DNA of 64,000 nucleotides from assembly GCF_964355755.1 (NCBI RefSeq), contig NC_092671.1, positions 12,152,001 through 12,216,000 of the forward strand, written 5' to 3'. The stretch comes from Antedon mediterranea. Taxonomy: Eukaryota; Animalia; Echinodermata. The notes beneath the pieces were generated by a model that worked only from the letters and a program-made list of their open reading frames with translations, ran no database searches and was not told where the DNA came from. Below are positions 33,601 to 46,776 of the stretch, piece after piece; the first letter of the stretch is position 1; every line of letters starts with the position of its first letter. A program made the position numbers and the translations under genes.

Positions 33601-36600
33601 CCGATCGTCAAAACGGTACTGGGTTTGGTCAACTACCGTTTTGGCTCCCAATCTGTCATCTATTCATAGAAGCACTAATGAAGAAAGTATATCCGTGGTC
33701 ACTATAGAATGGTCCCGGGACATGACTATACTTCGGCTTTAGTTGATAGAAGTTTTAAACCCCTTCATAGAGGTTGTACTATATTACAACATTTTTGTGA
33801 ATTTTCAGCGATGGTACGGTTAGGCTGAACAATTTAGTTTGAACAATAGTTATAGATGTTATCCACAATGTATTGGTAAGCTACAATTCAAAAATCCATT
33901 AAAAAAAAAGTTTAATATTAAGTCAGTACGGTAATAGAAACTTCTTACCAACTTCTTCAAGAGCTGGTTGTAATTCTACTACATTGACATTTTCACTGTC
34001 ATCTTTATCATACTTTTTGAAGATATCCTAAAGAGTGAGAATAAAAAAAATATCATATGCCTAGAACCGACTCGCAGATGACTATACGGTATCAACAAAC
34101 TAGCGTGGAGACGTTGTCCGAGAGAAAGACTGACCTAAATATTGAACTAGGACGGCTAAATGAAGCAGTGGGTAGGATTTGAATTTGGTCTAAACAATTG
34201 TTTAGTCAGATGCACACATCAACGCAAGCCTCACGACTCGAGAGCATCATCATCCATTGATTAGTCAACCCACTTGCGTTGAACTTTATGTCCCTGCCTG
34301 CGTGGAACTTTATGTCCCTGCCTGCGTGGCACTTTACGTTCCTCCCTGCGTGGCACTGTACGTCCCTCCTTGCGTTGCACTTTACGTCCTTCCTCTAGTT
34401 GCGTCCTACTATTTGCTATACTTTGTAAATGGTACTATATAAAAATTATTATTTTTTTTTTTTTTTTTATTTATTTAATTAATTACCAACAATTCCTTTA
34501 ATTCCATCCACACAGAGAAGAATTCGTCGAAGTCCAGCATACCCACGTTCTGAGAAATTTTTGTCAAAGATCATGAGTTATTCATAATGTTTCATATTTA
34601 ACTTCTTGTTAATTAATGTGAGGAGGAAAAATGATGTTTTTGTATCAATGTAACCCACACAACCCATCCGGTCCGGTATCATATTTATTCCTTTTAGTGA
34701 AATATAAAAAAGGGGCCACTAGGGAAATTCCGACAACTATCGCAAAAGGTCGTGTCTCCCAACTTAAAAAAATACAAATGGCAAAATGAATTATTTAGAT
34801 TACAAGATTAGATTACAAGAAGAAGGTCTACATTATGTAAAACAATGTTTGATCTTGCTTTGCGTTCTAGTGGAAAAATGAAAGTTCTCGTGACGTAAAA
34901 ACACACATTCTTCCTCCTCCAAGAAAAAAAATAAATATCGTTTAACTGTCCATTTCTGGATTGGTCATCCAGACATAGAACTCTTGTTTTTAAGATTAGG
35001 AGTCCAGCAGCTTAAACAAGAATTGCACAGATCCATGCAACTATACTCCAAAGCAATAATACATCTTAATGTAAATGGTAAAGGATACACTTCTGAGCGC
35101 CACTATGCTTCTGCAAGTTCCCAGGCTAAACTTGGATGAATCTAGAACTGAAAAATAAATATTCCATAACCTACGGTACTCATTTAAAATTCAATTAGAA
35201 TTTCACGATTCCATCTACTTAATAATATTTAAAAGTCTCCAATATCAGATATAGTGTCACTAAAACAATTTCTTCAATTACACTAACAAATCTAAATATG
35301 ATGCTGCTACAAAACATACAGTACGACATCATTATTATCATGTTGACAGTCAGGGTAAAACATACGTGCGCTATTAAAATCCCACCTATTAACAAATCTT
35401 ATTTCAAGAAGCTTTCTTTCAATTAATACTGTATAATATGAGTTTAAGCAAAGGTAGTTCACCCAATTTTTTGTGGAACTTTTTTTCACGTACTGATCGG
35501 AATTGATAGGAATTTATGCCATCGCTATTACTGTTGACTAAAAATCTGTGTTCAAAAATCAACCTGTATAGTGCGCGTCTTATAAAACATATCACCCTGT
35601 CCAACATTGGAGTAGTAGCTTCCTGGTCTAGCCTTCGAAAATAGTGGAAACAATGATCAATTGAATAAACGTTTACTTTAGAGCAGTACCGATAGGTGTG
35701 TTGTAAAACGTAATACTTTGTATTCGTTGAAAGTTCCATTCTCTGTTACGTCTCATTAAATAGTGAAGTAACTCATGAATATTATGATTAAACATGTTTA
35801 TACTAATTTAAAGTACCAACCCGTTTTGAAAGCAGAAGTCAAACATTCTTGAAGTTCAAAAGGATCAATTAATTCCTTAAAAATATGAAAACATTTTGTT
35901 TAAACAGATCAATCAAATTACCTCAATTAAAAAGGAAATAGCTGATATACATGTATACGTCGTTAAAATGTGATCCATCATTATGGGTAATCAAAAATAA
36001 ATACTATTATCTTAATTATAACACGTATTATATCCAGTTATATTATCATCAATTACATAACTCACAACATTTCTAGTTACTTCAGTTAAACTATTATTAT
36101 TACAATTACTTTAGTATATAATTATTATTATAACTCGCATCTTTTCCAGCTCTCTCGATTATACTATCATAACTCGCATACATTCCAGTTATTTCAGTTA
36201 ATACAATTATGATTACAGCTCACATTTCCAATTATATCATTACAGTATAATGATAACTCACATCTTTTCCAGCAATATCGTTGTAAACTGTTTCAAATTT
36301 ACTCTTCATAGCCTGTTCTTGTTCTAACTCTTCATCCGTCTTTTGCTGAAAGTGTATATAAAAGAGTAATTTGAAAAACGTTCAATTCAAAACTTAAATT
36401 CAGTGTAGTAGTACGTCCTGACAATTTCTTTTTATCTATGCCTGAAATAAAGTTAGAGTTAGATAGAAAAAACAAGTTACCTGAACGGTATCGAAACATT
36501 ATAATATAGGCCTATGATGTTTTTGTATACTGTACCTGTTTCGTAGTCACGATGACACCGGTTTGTTGATCCATCTCGCTGAAAGAACAAATACTTGCCT

Positions 36601-39600
36601 AATAATGCAAAGTTTGCGGTACATCAAGTATGTATAGTTCTGAAAAGTTTTTAATCGTTTTTTCAGTACTATTGACGTTGATTTGATTTGATTTATTCAA
36701 TATCGGCTCATTACAATAGAATACATAAAAATACAAAATGAAACAAAAAGCCAGGATTGTCAAAAGCGAACCCAATCACTGACGTTGCTTACCGCTAACG
36801 TTTATTATATTGATTTTCGCCATGCAAACCTTCCAACAATATAATAGTTAATTGAATTTGGTACATTCTTATGATAATACAGCATTAATAGAGAATAAGA
36901 CCAGTATGAAAATGTGTCTTCTGTTATCACAAGATTAGATTACGTACACAATTACAATAAAAAAAACAATAAGATTCGTCATCGAAATAGTAAATATTTA
37001 CATTATTACTTGCTTTGTTTGTTTGTATTGTCAAGTTATTGTCTCCTGATTTTAACTAGCTATATACCAACATGTCTATTGATTTTCAGGATATATTTGG
37101 TGACTCATTTTGCCAAATAGTTCGCTTAGTATACATGAGAGCTTAATATCTATGTTTAGTGTTTAACCAAAGACGATAAATACCATTCTTCCGGAACTCA
37201 AAAACTCACCTAGCATTAAATTTCTTCAAAGAGAAGATTCTCAAAAGATATTCTCCTACTTCGTTTGGCTTGAAAGTTGAAGGTATAATGCAATATTCTC
37301 CTTTTGGCAGTTTGAATCGATCACAGATCTCTCTTGAATTTATGAACTGATATGAACGAGCAGTTGTTTGGTGATACAGAAAGAAGTCTTTTGGCAACTT
37401 TTCAAACTGTTTGAACTCGTCGTCTATCTGAAAATTCAATAAGCAAAATTGCCATAACATTACTCTACCCTTTATGTTACTGTTTGTCCCGTGTATTTTT
37501 AAAGTTTGAAAAATATTAATCATATTGAAGATTTAAAAGGAGCTAATCATTATCGATCTATAATTTCCTCCCTGTTTCATAATTTTTATTGTGCCACACG
37601 ATTTTGTTGAAAGTAAGCATTTTCATATCAGTAGGAGAATAGTTCAAATTACACAGTCTTTTGTACACAACTTTTGAAAATAAAAAGGCATTTTTAAATA
37701 ATTAAGAAAAATAAACAGTTTGGTATAAATATCTTTTTTTACATTCAATTTAGAAAGACTTAATTCTTGATTTGTATAAAAAAATATTATTTATGAAACA
37801 TACAATTGTTGCCGATTCTCCTTCTTAATCAGATCATAGGCAAATACGATATGATACAGCATGTATCCCTTATCGTAGACCCTCAACCTAACGCTTAACG
37901 CTATACAGACATACGTGATAAACATACAATTATGTATTTAAAGATCTTCCATATAATATGATACAGGGCAGGCAATCTGATTCCCGCATACTATCATATG
38001 AATAATTGGTAATACAGCAGCTCATTCATATCACATGTAGTGCCTTTACCAAATATCTGAGATATTGTCATGTGTTAAGAATCGTAATTTTCACCTCGTA
38101 GATGGAAAATCCAATGGTCAGGTTCTTGTCTCCCTTGCTCTTAAGTCTGCGAAAATTTTTCTGCATCAAACAAACAACTAATGTACATTCTTCTTCATCG
38201 TCATCATCTTCCTCCAATTTCACTCGAAATTGAGGGTTTGTGTGAAAAGTGTCTAAATGTCGAAAATTGTATCATTATTAATCACCTGTTCGTAATTCAA
38301 AGTTACGTGTATCGTCCCAGGGGAGAACAACCATGAGTTGATCTGGGCCTCTGTGGTTAAAGATTTATTGTCCCGCAAATAATTTATAAAATCAAACTCT
38401 GAATAGGCAATTTTGCAGTATTAATGAAGTTATTCACTTCCATAAGAAAAAAAAACAAAAACAAAATATGATTTTACTGCTAAATTTAACCAAAAATTCA
38501 TTGTCTGACAGACAATTTTACTATTTTTTCCTTTAAATTATAGTTTTGTCAGGTAATAAATTATTTTTTTTTGACACAATTTTTGGTCAAAGTAAATAAC
38601 TATTGTGTGACATTAAAATAGCACATCACACAAACAAAATTTAAAAAAAAAAATTTTCAGAGGAAAAATATTATTATTATTAATTATATACGTGCTATGC
38701 TTATTGGTCTTGTTTCTAAGGTTTACAACCTGGGAAATTCCTGCATCCTCCAGCGGTAGAACCCTTCACCCAGCTGTGTTGGATAAGACTCATTTCATAA
38801 GACCTCGTGCTTGGTTCTGTGATTTCCGGTGAAAGGCTACACATTTCGAGTTTGGAGAATTTTTTGGTGAAATCGTCAAACGACATCCTAAATACACAAA
38901 ATTATCATTACGTTATTTAGTATTTAATCTCAAACAGCAAGACAACAAAATATTCTTAACCTTTAATAATCGTGAAAATTAAGCTATTCATTACATGACT
39001 TATGAAACGCTAAAATCCCTGTTCAAAGATCCAACCCCAGCATTTACCAGAATTCCCCATCATCTGAAAAATCCAGACCAAGTTGTTTCTTTTCCTCCGT
39101 AGTTACCAACGACCACTCGGCGGATCTGCAGTCAGAGAGATAAGTTTAAAGTAAAATCGGTTATAAAAGCAAGTAATGTATTTTTTTGGGTTTTTATATT
39201 TTATAAAGATAAATATTTTCTGGTTCTTTTATTCACAAATTCACAAATAAAAACACATAGATTAATCAAATTGGCCATAGTAATAAGATTAGAATACAAA
39301 AAGTACAAAGAAGGCCTATTTAAAAATATAGTTTGTTATAATTAATGTGTTATGCTGTTCGACAGTCGACTAGTAGCCCAAGTACTGGAATAATTTATTT
39401 GAATAAATTCCGAATTAAGTACATTCGTACACTCTGATTAGTGCGTGGTAATATTACTTACTTATCGCTCCAGGCACCTGTCCATTCACTTTCATTTCCA
39501 TAGGGATTGCGGATCCTGACAAGACTGACGTCTAACTGACCAGAGCCTGTTTTAGCATTGATCTGAAAAAAGATAATCAAGTTTAAAAAGTTCTGTTCTG

Positions 39601-42578
39601 TTTTAATATTCTAATGGGAATTTCCTTATGTGGGCATACTCTGTGCACTTCCGTTTGTCAATCGTAGAGGTCAATGTGACTATCGGGATCGCACTAAAAT
39701 CCCAAGCAGTACACAGTTTAGGAGATATAAAATTATGAATACCCTTACCTTACTTACACCTGTAATTGCATAGGCGTGTCCCTTGATGAGCCCATTATCC
39801 AATTTAGACTCTATTTCATTAGGTTTAGCATCAATGCTACATCCCATCAGAGAGCATCTAGCAAATCCTTCCTGCATTATCTTAAACAAATCCTTGGGAG
39901 CCTTCGAAAGTTTAAAAGTTTCTACAATACCTCCAGTAAAGTCAGTCATTGCTTCCGAGGTTTGACCTCCTTTTAATGATTCATATGAGCCACATAGTCT
40001 ATATTAGAGGTTTACAGTAAATTAATTACAAATGTGTTGTTAAGTATATTTCATATTGTGTGAGGAATCAAATCTAAATAAATTTGAAAATATATTTTGT
40101 TTAACGTGATTGTGTGAGTATGCATGAATGTAAATTTCCTTTTAAAAATATATATTATGTACAATATATCCATCTCATCGTGGAGGGGGAATAGGTAGAA
40201 GGAGAAGTATAAGGGAATAGAGGAGTACTGTAGAGCTTTGTTGCATACCGTATTGAGTGTTGCCACTGAATCGAAGAGAATTCATGTCTACTACCCCTTT
40301 CACACCAAAAGCAAAACTCCGGAGACACTCCGGAGACACCCCGGAGTTGACGTCCCGCTGTTTGGTGTGAAAGGTAAAATCAAGCAACTCCGGAGTTTAA
40401 AACTGCGGGGTTGAACAGCTGAACATTCTCCGGAGAGCGAACTGCGGGGACACCCCGGTGTTTTGGTGTGAAAGGTACCAACATCAAACTCCGGAGTGTT
40501 TCGGGTCAAAAGGTCATCCTCACACGATCACTCATTGCTTTAGTTTTATTTCAAAATACTTTAAATATTTGTACAACATATATAGCAGGTTCAAAAATAA
40601 TAAGTAGTATCAATAAAACATTATATTACTTCTGAGACTTTTGAAAGTAATTATTAAATTAAACATATTATTAATTAAAATGATTCTAATGATCGTCGCT
40701 ATGTAAACAAACAAAATAGAGGGCGACATTTACAATTTTATTTTATAAACCCCGGAGTTGCTAGGTTGGTGTGAAAGGGGTATCTCCGGAGTTTCTCGAC
40801 GTTTTGAATGGTCATAAACCCCGGGGTGTCTCCGGAGACACTCCGGAGTTTTGGTGTGAAAGGGGTATTAGTTTAGAAACTTGCTTTTCGTATATTCCTT
40901 GTAATCATTCTAATCACTTCCATTACAATTACTTCCATTACAAATCATTTATTTGATTTTAACTTTTTTGTAAAAAATTATCAATTCATATATACATACT
41001 TTGCATAAGCCTTCTCCATAAGAGCGCTCCAAAATTCATTGTTATTTTCTGAATGGAGAAATACTAGTTTTCCATTGTAAGTTGGTAGACGGTCATCTAC
41101 AACTACATCGATCCACTCGCCAAATTGCCAGAAACGAAAGTGGAAAATCCCGGCATAGTCTACTTTAAAATTTTGATCAACTAGACAGACCTTCTGAAAA
41201 AGAGATTGATTGGTACACAGGGACGAAACAGCCGACAACAACCAGCAATCACCTGAAACAAATACAATAAATAATTATAAAACAAACCGAAGGGGCTTTT
41301 ATTTGTAAATAAATACAATTTTAAAGAATGGAGAAATGATCATTTAAAATAAGGGTAGCTGAAACTTGCCCTTGGCTGTATTAGGGAGTATTGCGATTAC
41401 AGATTTTATTCTCGCTCTTCCCATGGTGGCAATTATTTCTTTATTGTTTTTAGTGTTAGAAATGAATTCGGACTTAGGATTAGTCATCACCAGAAATAAC
41501 AACAAAACAGAAAAAAACCAAATTACTTATTAGCTTTATGTAGGTTTTTCGTATTATTTATTTATTTCAAGTTTGCTTTAGTCTACAATATTCTAATACA
41601 ATTTTACTTAACCAAGCATTCCCTGGACAATGTCAAATCGACTTGCTCCTTCGGCAATAAATTCAGGATTTGGAACAATTTCCTGAAAGTAATGTTTAAA
41701 ATGTTAGTTATAATGTACAATCGACAGTAGAACCCTATTAAGGGTATTATACTGTTATACTCAGTTTGTTTCACGGAAAAGTTTCCACTTAACACGGTCC
41801 TCTGAAAATGGGTTAGGCCTACTGGTTTCAATTTAAGCCAATAATTATGTTCTGTGGGGTGATTGTGATGGTGCAATTCAGCCTGTTGGTGAAACTCATA
41901 TTGTATACAGCATTCAATAATTAGACTTAAACTTGGAAAATTATTGGGTTTTTTATTCAAATTTTTGCCAATAAATAAAAAACAAACAGGCCATGAGGTC
42001 AGTTGAATAATTCGACCGACCCTAGTCCTCTCTCTATTAATTGTTTCATTATTTTTTTGGTATACTATTACAAACACTCTGCCATGGTCGACAAGGGCAA
42101 CTCATTTGTTGGATTTTTAAAGCTGCATATATTAGATATAATAGGATTATAATGCTTTGGATAAAACCTAGCGGATTTCCGTGTAATTATAAAAAAACAG
42201 CAATCCTGAAAATGAATATGCATTTAAGAAGCCTGTGTACTCAAATCTCTAACAAAAGCTCAAGCCTATCTTTTTTCAACTTCCTTTCCTACAATAAACT
42301 GGGACTTTTTTTAAAGTACAGTAGATCTATAACTGGTCATGGTTGGTGATTTCAGATTAAAAGTTATGTAATAGTTATCTTATAAACCTAAATGTTTAGG
42401 CACAATAACAAATATGTATACTTACACTCGGTCGCTTCCATTGAAATGGTTTTGGTTGGCTTTTACTATAAAATAAACTTTCTTCGACTGCTGGGAATTC
42501 TTTGTCTTCAAATAAGGTCCCGGTTTTCAGACATTCCCTTTTTAGTTCTTTGTAATCTTGGTCTTTGATCATGATCAT
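30644..42578 (-). CDS. Classical calpain (CysPc + C2-like + penta-EF-hand), about 670 aa
   Basis: 18 phase-compatible exons: 42578-42426, 41682-41613, 41252-41000, 39998-39749, 39562-39462, 39125-39048, 38887-38730, 38252-38095, 37427-37210, 36578-36536, 36345-36262, 35875-35821, 35147-35089, 34549-34487, 34027-33949, 31350-31240, 30973-30918, 30667-30644. Catalytic motifs QGMLGDCW, GHAY and RNPYG; also TAGGCRN, NPQF and YCIIPSTF. Confidence 0.93.
31436..33534. mobile_element. 2.1-kb non-autonomous DNA transposon in calpain intron 15
   Basis: TIRs CAGTGGGA(A/C)AGCCA(C/G)T with shared subterminal AAATCGTGT.AAAT..CGACT; 4-bp TSD TCTA on both sides. Confidence 0.7.
34270..34395. repeat. 24-bp minisatellite, about 5 copies
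   Basis: CCTGCGTGG(A/C)ACTTTA(T/C)GTCCCT(G/C) repeats. Confidence 0.85.
34550..35088 (-). other. U12-type (minor spliceosome) GT-AG intron of calpain
   Basis: Donor GTATCCTTT; branch-like TCTTTGAC 13 nt before the exon; only a very short pyrimidine tract. Confidence 0.8.
36055..36275. repeat. Degenerate ~38-40 bp tandem repeat overlapping a calpain splice donor
   Basis: ATAACTC(A/G)CATCTTTTCCAG-like units repeated 5-6 times. Confidence 0.6.
40294..40865. mobile_element. MITE in calpain intron 3
   Basis: TIRs CCCCTTTCACACCAAAA / TTTTGGTGTGAAAGGGG flanked by TA; internal CTCCGGAG palindromic repeats. Confidence 0.85.
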
Positions 42579-44078
42579 CTTCCTTCTTTATGAAACTTCT
42601 AAAATACAAAAGAACACGTTGATTTTCCATTCCTAATTTTATTTATTTATGCCTGATATATTATGCAGATTGTGGGAGAAATGGGTGCACGCCAGATTTG
42701 CAGGAATCAAGAAAGTCGTAAGTAAAATGGCGAATCATTTATTTGCAAGAAATGTATTAAGAAAGGCAAAATAAATTAAATTGAAGGCCAGCAAATGGAG
42801 GATATTGCGAGAGTGGATAGTTTTTGTTTTCTTGGTGGTTGTGAAGTTACAGTTGCAAGAAGAAACAGATTTGGATGGACAAAGTTCAATGTGCTGGCCG
42901 TGGTAGGTTGTGTGGCAGAAGATTCACATTGGAAATGAAAGGAATATCTACAAAGCCTGTGTAAGGTAAACGATTGTATATGGCATCAAAACATGGAACA
43001 TGAAGGCAAGCCAAGAAGGAATTTTGAGAAGAACAGGGCAAAAATAAAAAATGTGTGGAAGAAGGAGAAATTTGACTCAAATAAAAGGTGATAATGAAAA
43101 TATTGAATGCTGTGACTAAAACCAATACAAAAAGTGGGTATGGATCACTATAATTTCTCCAACGTGCAAAATACACTCTGATCTCCATGCTATAGAAATA
43201 AGTGAATTTTAGCATTTTTTCAACATCTTGACATAATATTAAGCATTAAGCAGATGAATAATAATAAATATTAGAATTTATTAAATAACTATTATGAATA
43301 GTAAATACTTACTAGCGTCTCTAAAGTAGTATTCTAAGATTACACAACTTGCCTTTATACCAAAATCAAACCCAGGTGATCAAACAGCGTAGTCACAGAG
43401 TGTGTTTATACCGTCAATGTATAACTGCTTGACTTGAAAAAATGTGTTCTTTTAAATGGGATCTGTTATTTCAACCATGTCACTGTAAGATTAAATGTAA
43501 TCTAAATCAAGGTTTGTATTGTTGTCTCTTTTTCAGTTCGATTACCATGAGTGGTACACAATGACTTTGTTTGCATTGTTGGACCACGATTATATATCAA
43601 CTTGGTTTATTATTCCATAATCCCTTCCTTCATTTCGACAGTAATACAAAACCTTACTTGCACGTACGTACTGTATTGGTGGAGACGGAAATTGTAATCT
43701 CGAACCATTTGAAGTATAGAAATAATCCCAAACCATTCAAAGTATAGAAATGTAATAGAACGGCGGTGGTTTCTGTCTGGAAATGTCGCCTCGGTCCGAC
43801 AGGATTTGTGAAAGTAGCGTGAGAAGATACCGGTATACTGTATTCGTCAGGATTATCGAATGTTACTTATTGTCCCGAGAACGTTTCTGCCATAATTATA
43901 AAGACCAGGTCTGATTCAAAATTAAAACTGATCATAATGTAGGCTAGTTCATACTAACGAATCTATTATGTTTTAGTACGGTCTCATAAACTTACCTTAA
44001 CACTTGCCTTCACTGAGGTTTTAACATCATGTATTGCCTGATGCTGTGTTAGGTCTACGGAAGTACTACTGTCAATAG

Positions 44079-44217
44079 AGCTTGGTTCCCACTAGGACGC
44101 AACGCAAGGACGTAGACGCAAGGCACGCGACTGTTCGAATAATCCATCGCTTGAGATTGGTCAAACCTCTTTGCGTTGCGTTACGTCCTTGCGTTGCGTT
44201 CTAGTGGGAACCAAGCT
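44079..44217. mobile_element. MITE, AGCTTGGTTCCCACTAG-TIR family
   Basis: Perfect 17-bp TIRs; same family as 22925-23103. Confidence 0.85.
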
Positions 44218-44681
44218 TTACGAAGGTGTTGGACGTCTGGAGAATGGAATGTATAATTTGCATTTGCAATTAAAGGATTCTCGGTGCATACAATGTCGGT
44301 CGGGTGTCATTTAAAATCACGTGGCCTATGTTAAGAAGGCCACACTTAACACTGTTTTCAACCTAAATGTTTCTATGGTCAGAATCTCTCTGATGGCTAA
44401 ATTTGTACAGCAGGTTTTTGATTTAAATGTTATATTTAATGATACAGTATATTTAGATTTTTTTATAATTTCTAATGAGCTCAATGCATTTTCTTTTGGC
44501 TTTGACTTTGACGGAGCATCATGAAACGTCCTAAGTAGGCATAATAGTGAGATTTAGCGAAAACAGACGGTATACAGAATATTAATCTGCGCATCCGTGT
44601 AAGCCCACTTATACCACTCCGTTGCGTTCATTATCGCAACTGTATTTGGTCGATTTAACCTAGGCAATTGGGCCTATTGCC

Positions 44682-44912
44682 TTCATTTAACGTTCAGTCT
44701 GCGATAGAAGGAGCAACGTTTATGACGTCATTAAACTTTTCAAAATTAAAAAAATGGCCGATAAGTTCGAAAACTAAACTCAAAATATAAAAAATGTGCC
44801 TAACCGCGCGTGCATTCGCTTTGAACTGATCGGCCATTTTTTTTATATTGTTGATAAGTTTAATGACGTCATAAACGTTGCTCCTTCTATCGCGGACCGA
44901 ACGTTAAATGAA
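44682..44912. repeat. Long inverted repeat (arms of about 90 bp), probable MITE
   Basis: TTCATTTAACGTTCAGTCTGCGATAGAAGGAGCAACGTTTATGACGTCATTAAACTT and its near-exact reverse complement. Confidence 0.8.
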
Positions 44913-46776
44913 AGCATACGTATTTTATTATGTTATTATTATTATTATTATTATTATATGTTGCAGACGTTGAAGATGTTATTACTACACGGAGGTACTT
45001 TTTTTTACATGGGGAACTGGACTATATTTGGCAACAAAGCAAATGTGGACAGAGCACAATAAATACCCCTTTTGTGCATTTTGATATAGCCTACAGTGCA
45101 AGTTAGAAATCTGATCGAGTTTCTTCATTTTTCGTTTGAACGATACGAAAATCGCTAGGCAAGTGAAACTAATATAGACAAACGATTCCATGTCTTGTAT
45201 GGGTGTTCCCAATAAATTAATCAAAATCATACAAACGATTTAAATCTAATTTAAGTGCTTTTTGGTCTAAAAATGTTAGTTCCGATTGAGTACCATGTTG
45301 AATGTTATTGTTTATTCCCAGGCACAACAAACAATTGGCAACGCCCATCGGATTTCCACCGCCGAAATTGCAATACAGTACTCCGTTGTATTTAACGTCG
45401 GGAGTGCTTAAAAGGCCTAGACTAGTGCAGTTTGTCTAACATCATGTGACCCACAATCGTCAAATCAAATGAAAAGAATCTACTTAGATGTACACGCCTG
45501 CTTGTATATTCTTGCCATTTGATTGGTTAACGCATCAAACTCATAACCATAATTTGTATACGAATTATACTACGGTAATTTATATGAAGAGAATCTTGTA
45601 ATTTGATTGGATATTGGGTTACACTATACTTGGTAAACGATTGATACTCATTATCTATTTTGCTAACCTATAAACCGAATTTATTTAAAATGTTAATAAA
45701 GAAAAAACAAATACTGGTCTAAAAAGTAATATTGACTAAATTGTAATCGCTTATTTGCATACATTATACATTAATACTATTAATTTATTACGGTATATTT
45801 TTTAATAAAACTTCAGTTTTGCATGATAATCCCAAATAACGATATATAATGATTTATAAACGGCACAGCTCGAATAAAATAGTGTAATTTGATTGGACGA
45901 TATCGGGTCACATTACATTACGTCATTGAATTGATATTCGTTTTGTTTTGAAATATAACCCATTGTAATATAAAATCATGAAAATAATGTATGATCATCA
46001 ATTTGTGTAAAGCAACGCTAGCTACAGTTAAACTGAGTTTCGACTTAAGTAAGTGGAATTTTAATTTAAACTAATAGTTAATTTTTGAATTTTTGAATAT
46101 TGCCGTACATTAACATTGAGAAATTGTAAATTGTTTTAGATAATTGGAGAAAACATTTTCTATTATTATTATTATTGGGTTTTTTTTGCTGATGTTGTTG
46201 TTGATTATTATTATTTTGTTTATTCTATTCAAGAACAATGCTTCGATTGACAATAATCATAATGTGCATATTATGCTATCGGCCTATAAACTCTAGACCG
46301 CCAGGTTGGTAGTTCCTTTTATTTTTTTATAAAGAACTTTCCGTTATCAAACCTTTATCTGTTAGTGTTAATTAACATCTCTGTGTGAGATACATTATCA
46401 TAATGGTGTATAAATATTATAATTATCATAGCCAATTATAATACAATATATCTCAATCAATTTGAATTGAGAAAAATAACTTTCTGTATATTTCGATGTT
46501 TTATGTTTCTTTTATATTCATATAGGCTAAAACGTTATACTGTGTAAAACAATGTTCAGTATCCTCAACTGAATCAATTGTATTTGCAGGAATTTGGAGG
46601 AGGGGCTTAAAAATATGGAATAAAGTGCTGAAAATTAAATATTTATATATTTATTTTAATATTTAATGGCGTGAAAATCCCACCTTACGTACCCACTCTC
46701 TTTTTAATATATTTTCAATGTTGGCTAATATTTTTTGTTTAAGAGAGACTTCACTTAATTTTACTTTGTTTTTTGT

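Noticed and set aside
40175-40956. Short ORFs in calpain intron 3
   Set aside because: They lie within a GC-rich MITE.
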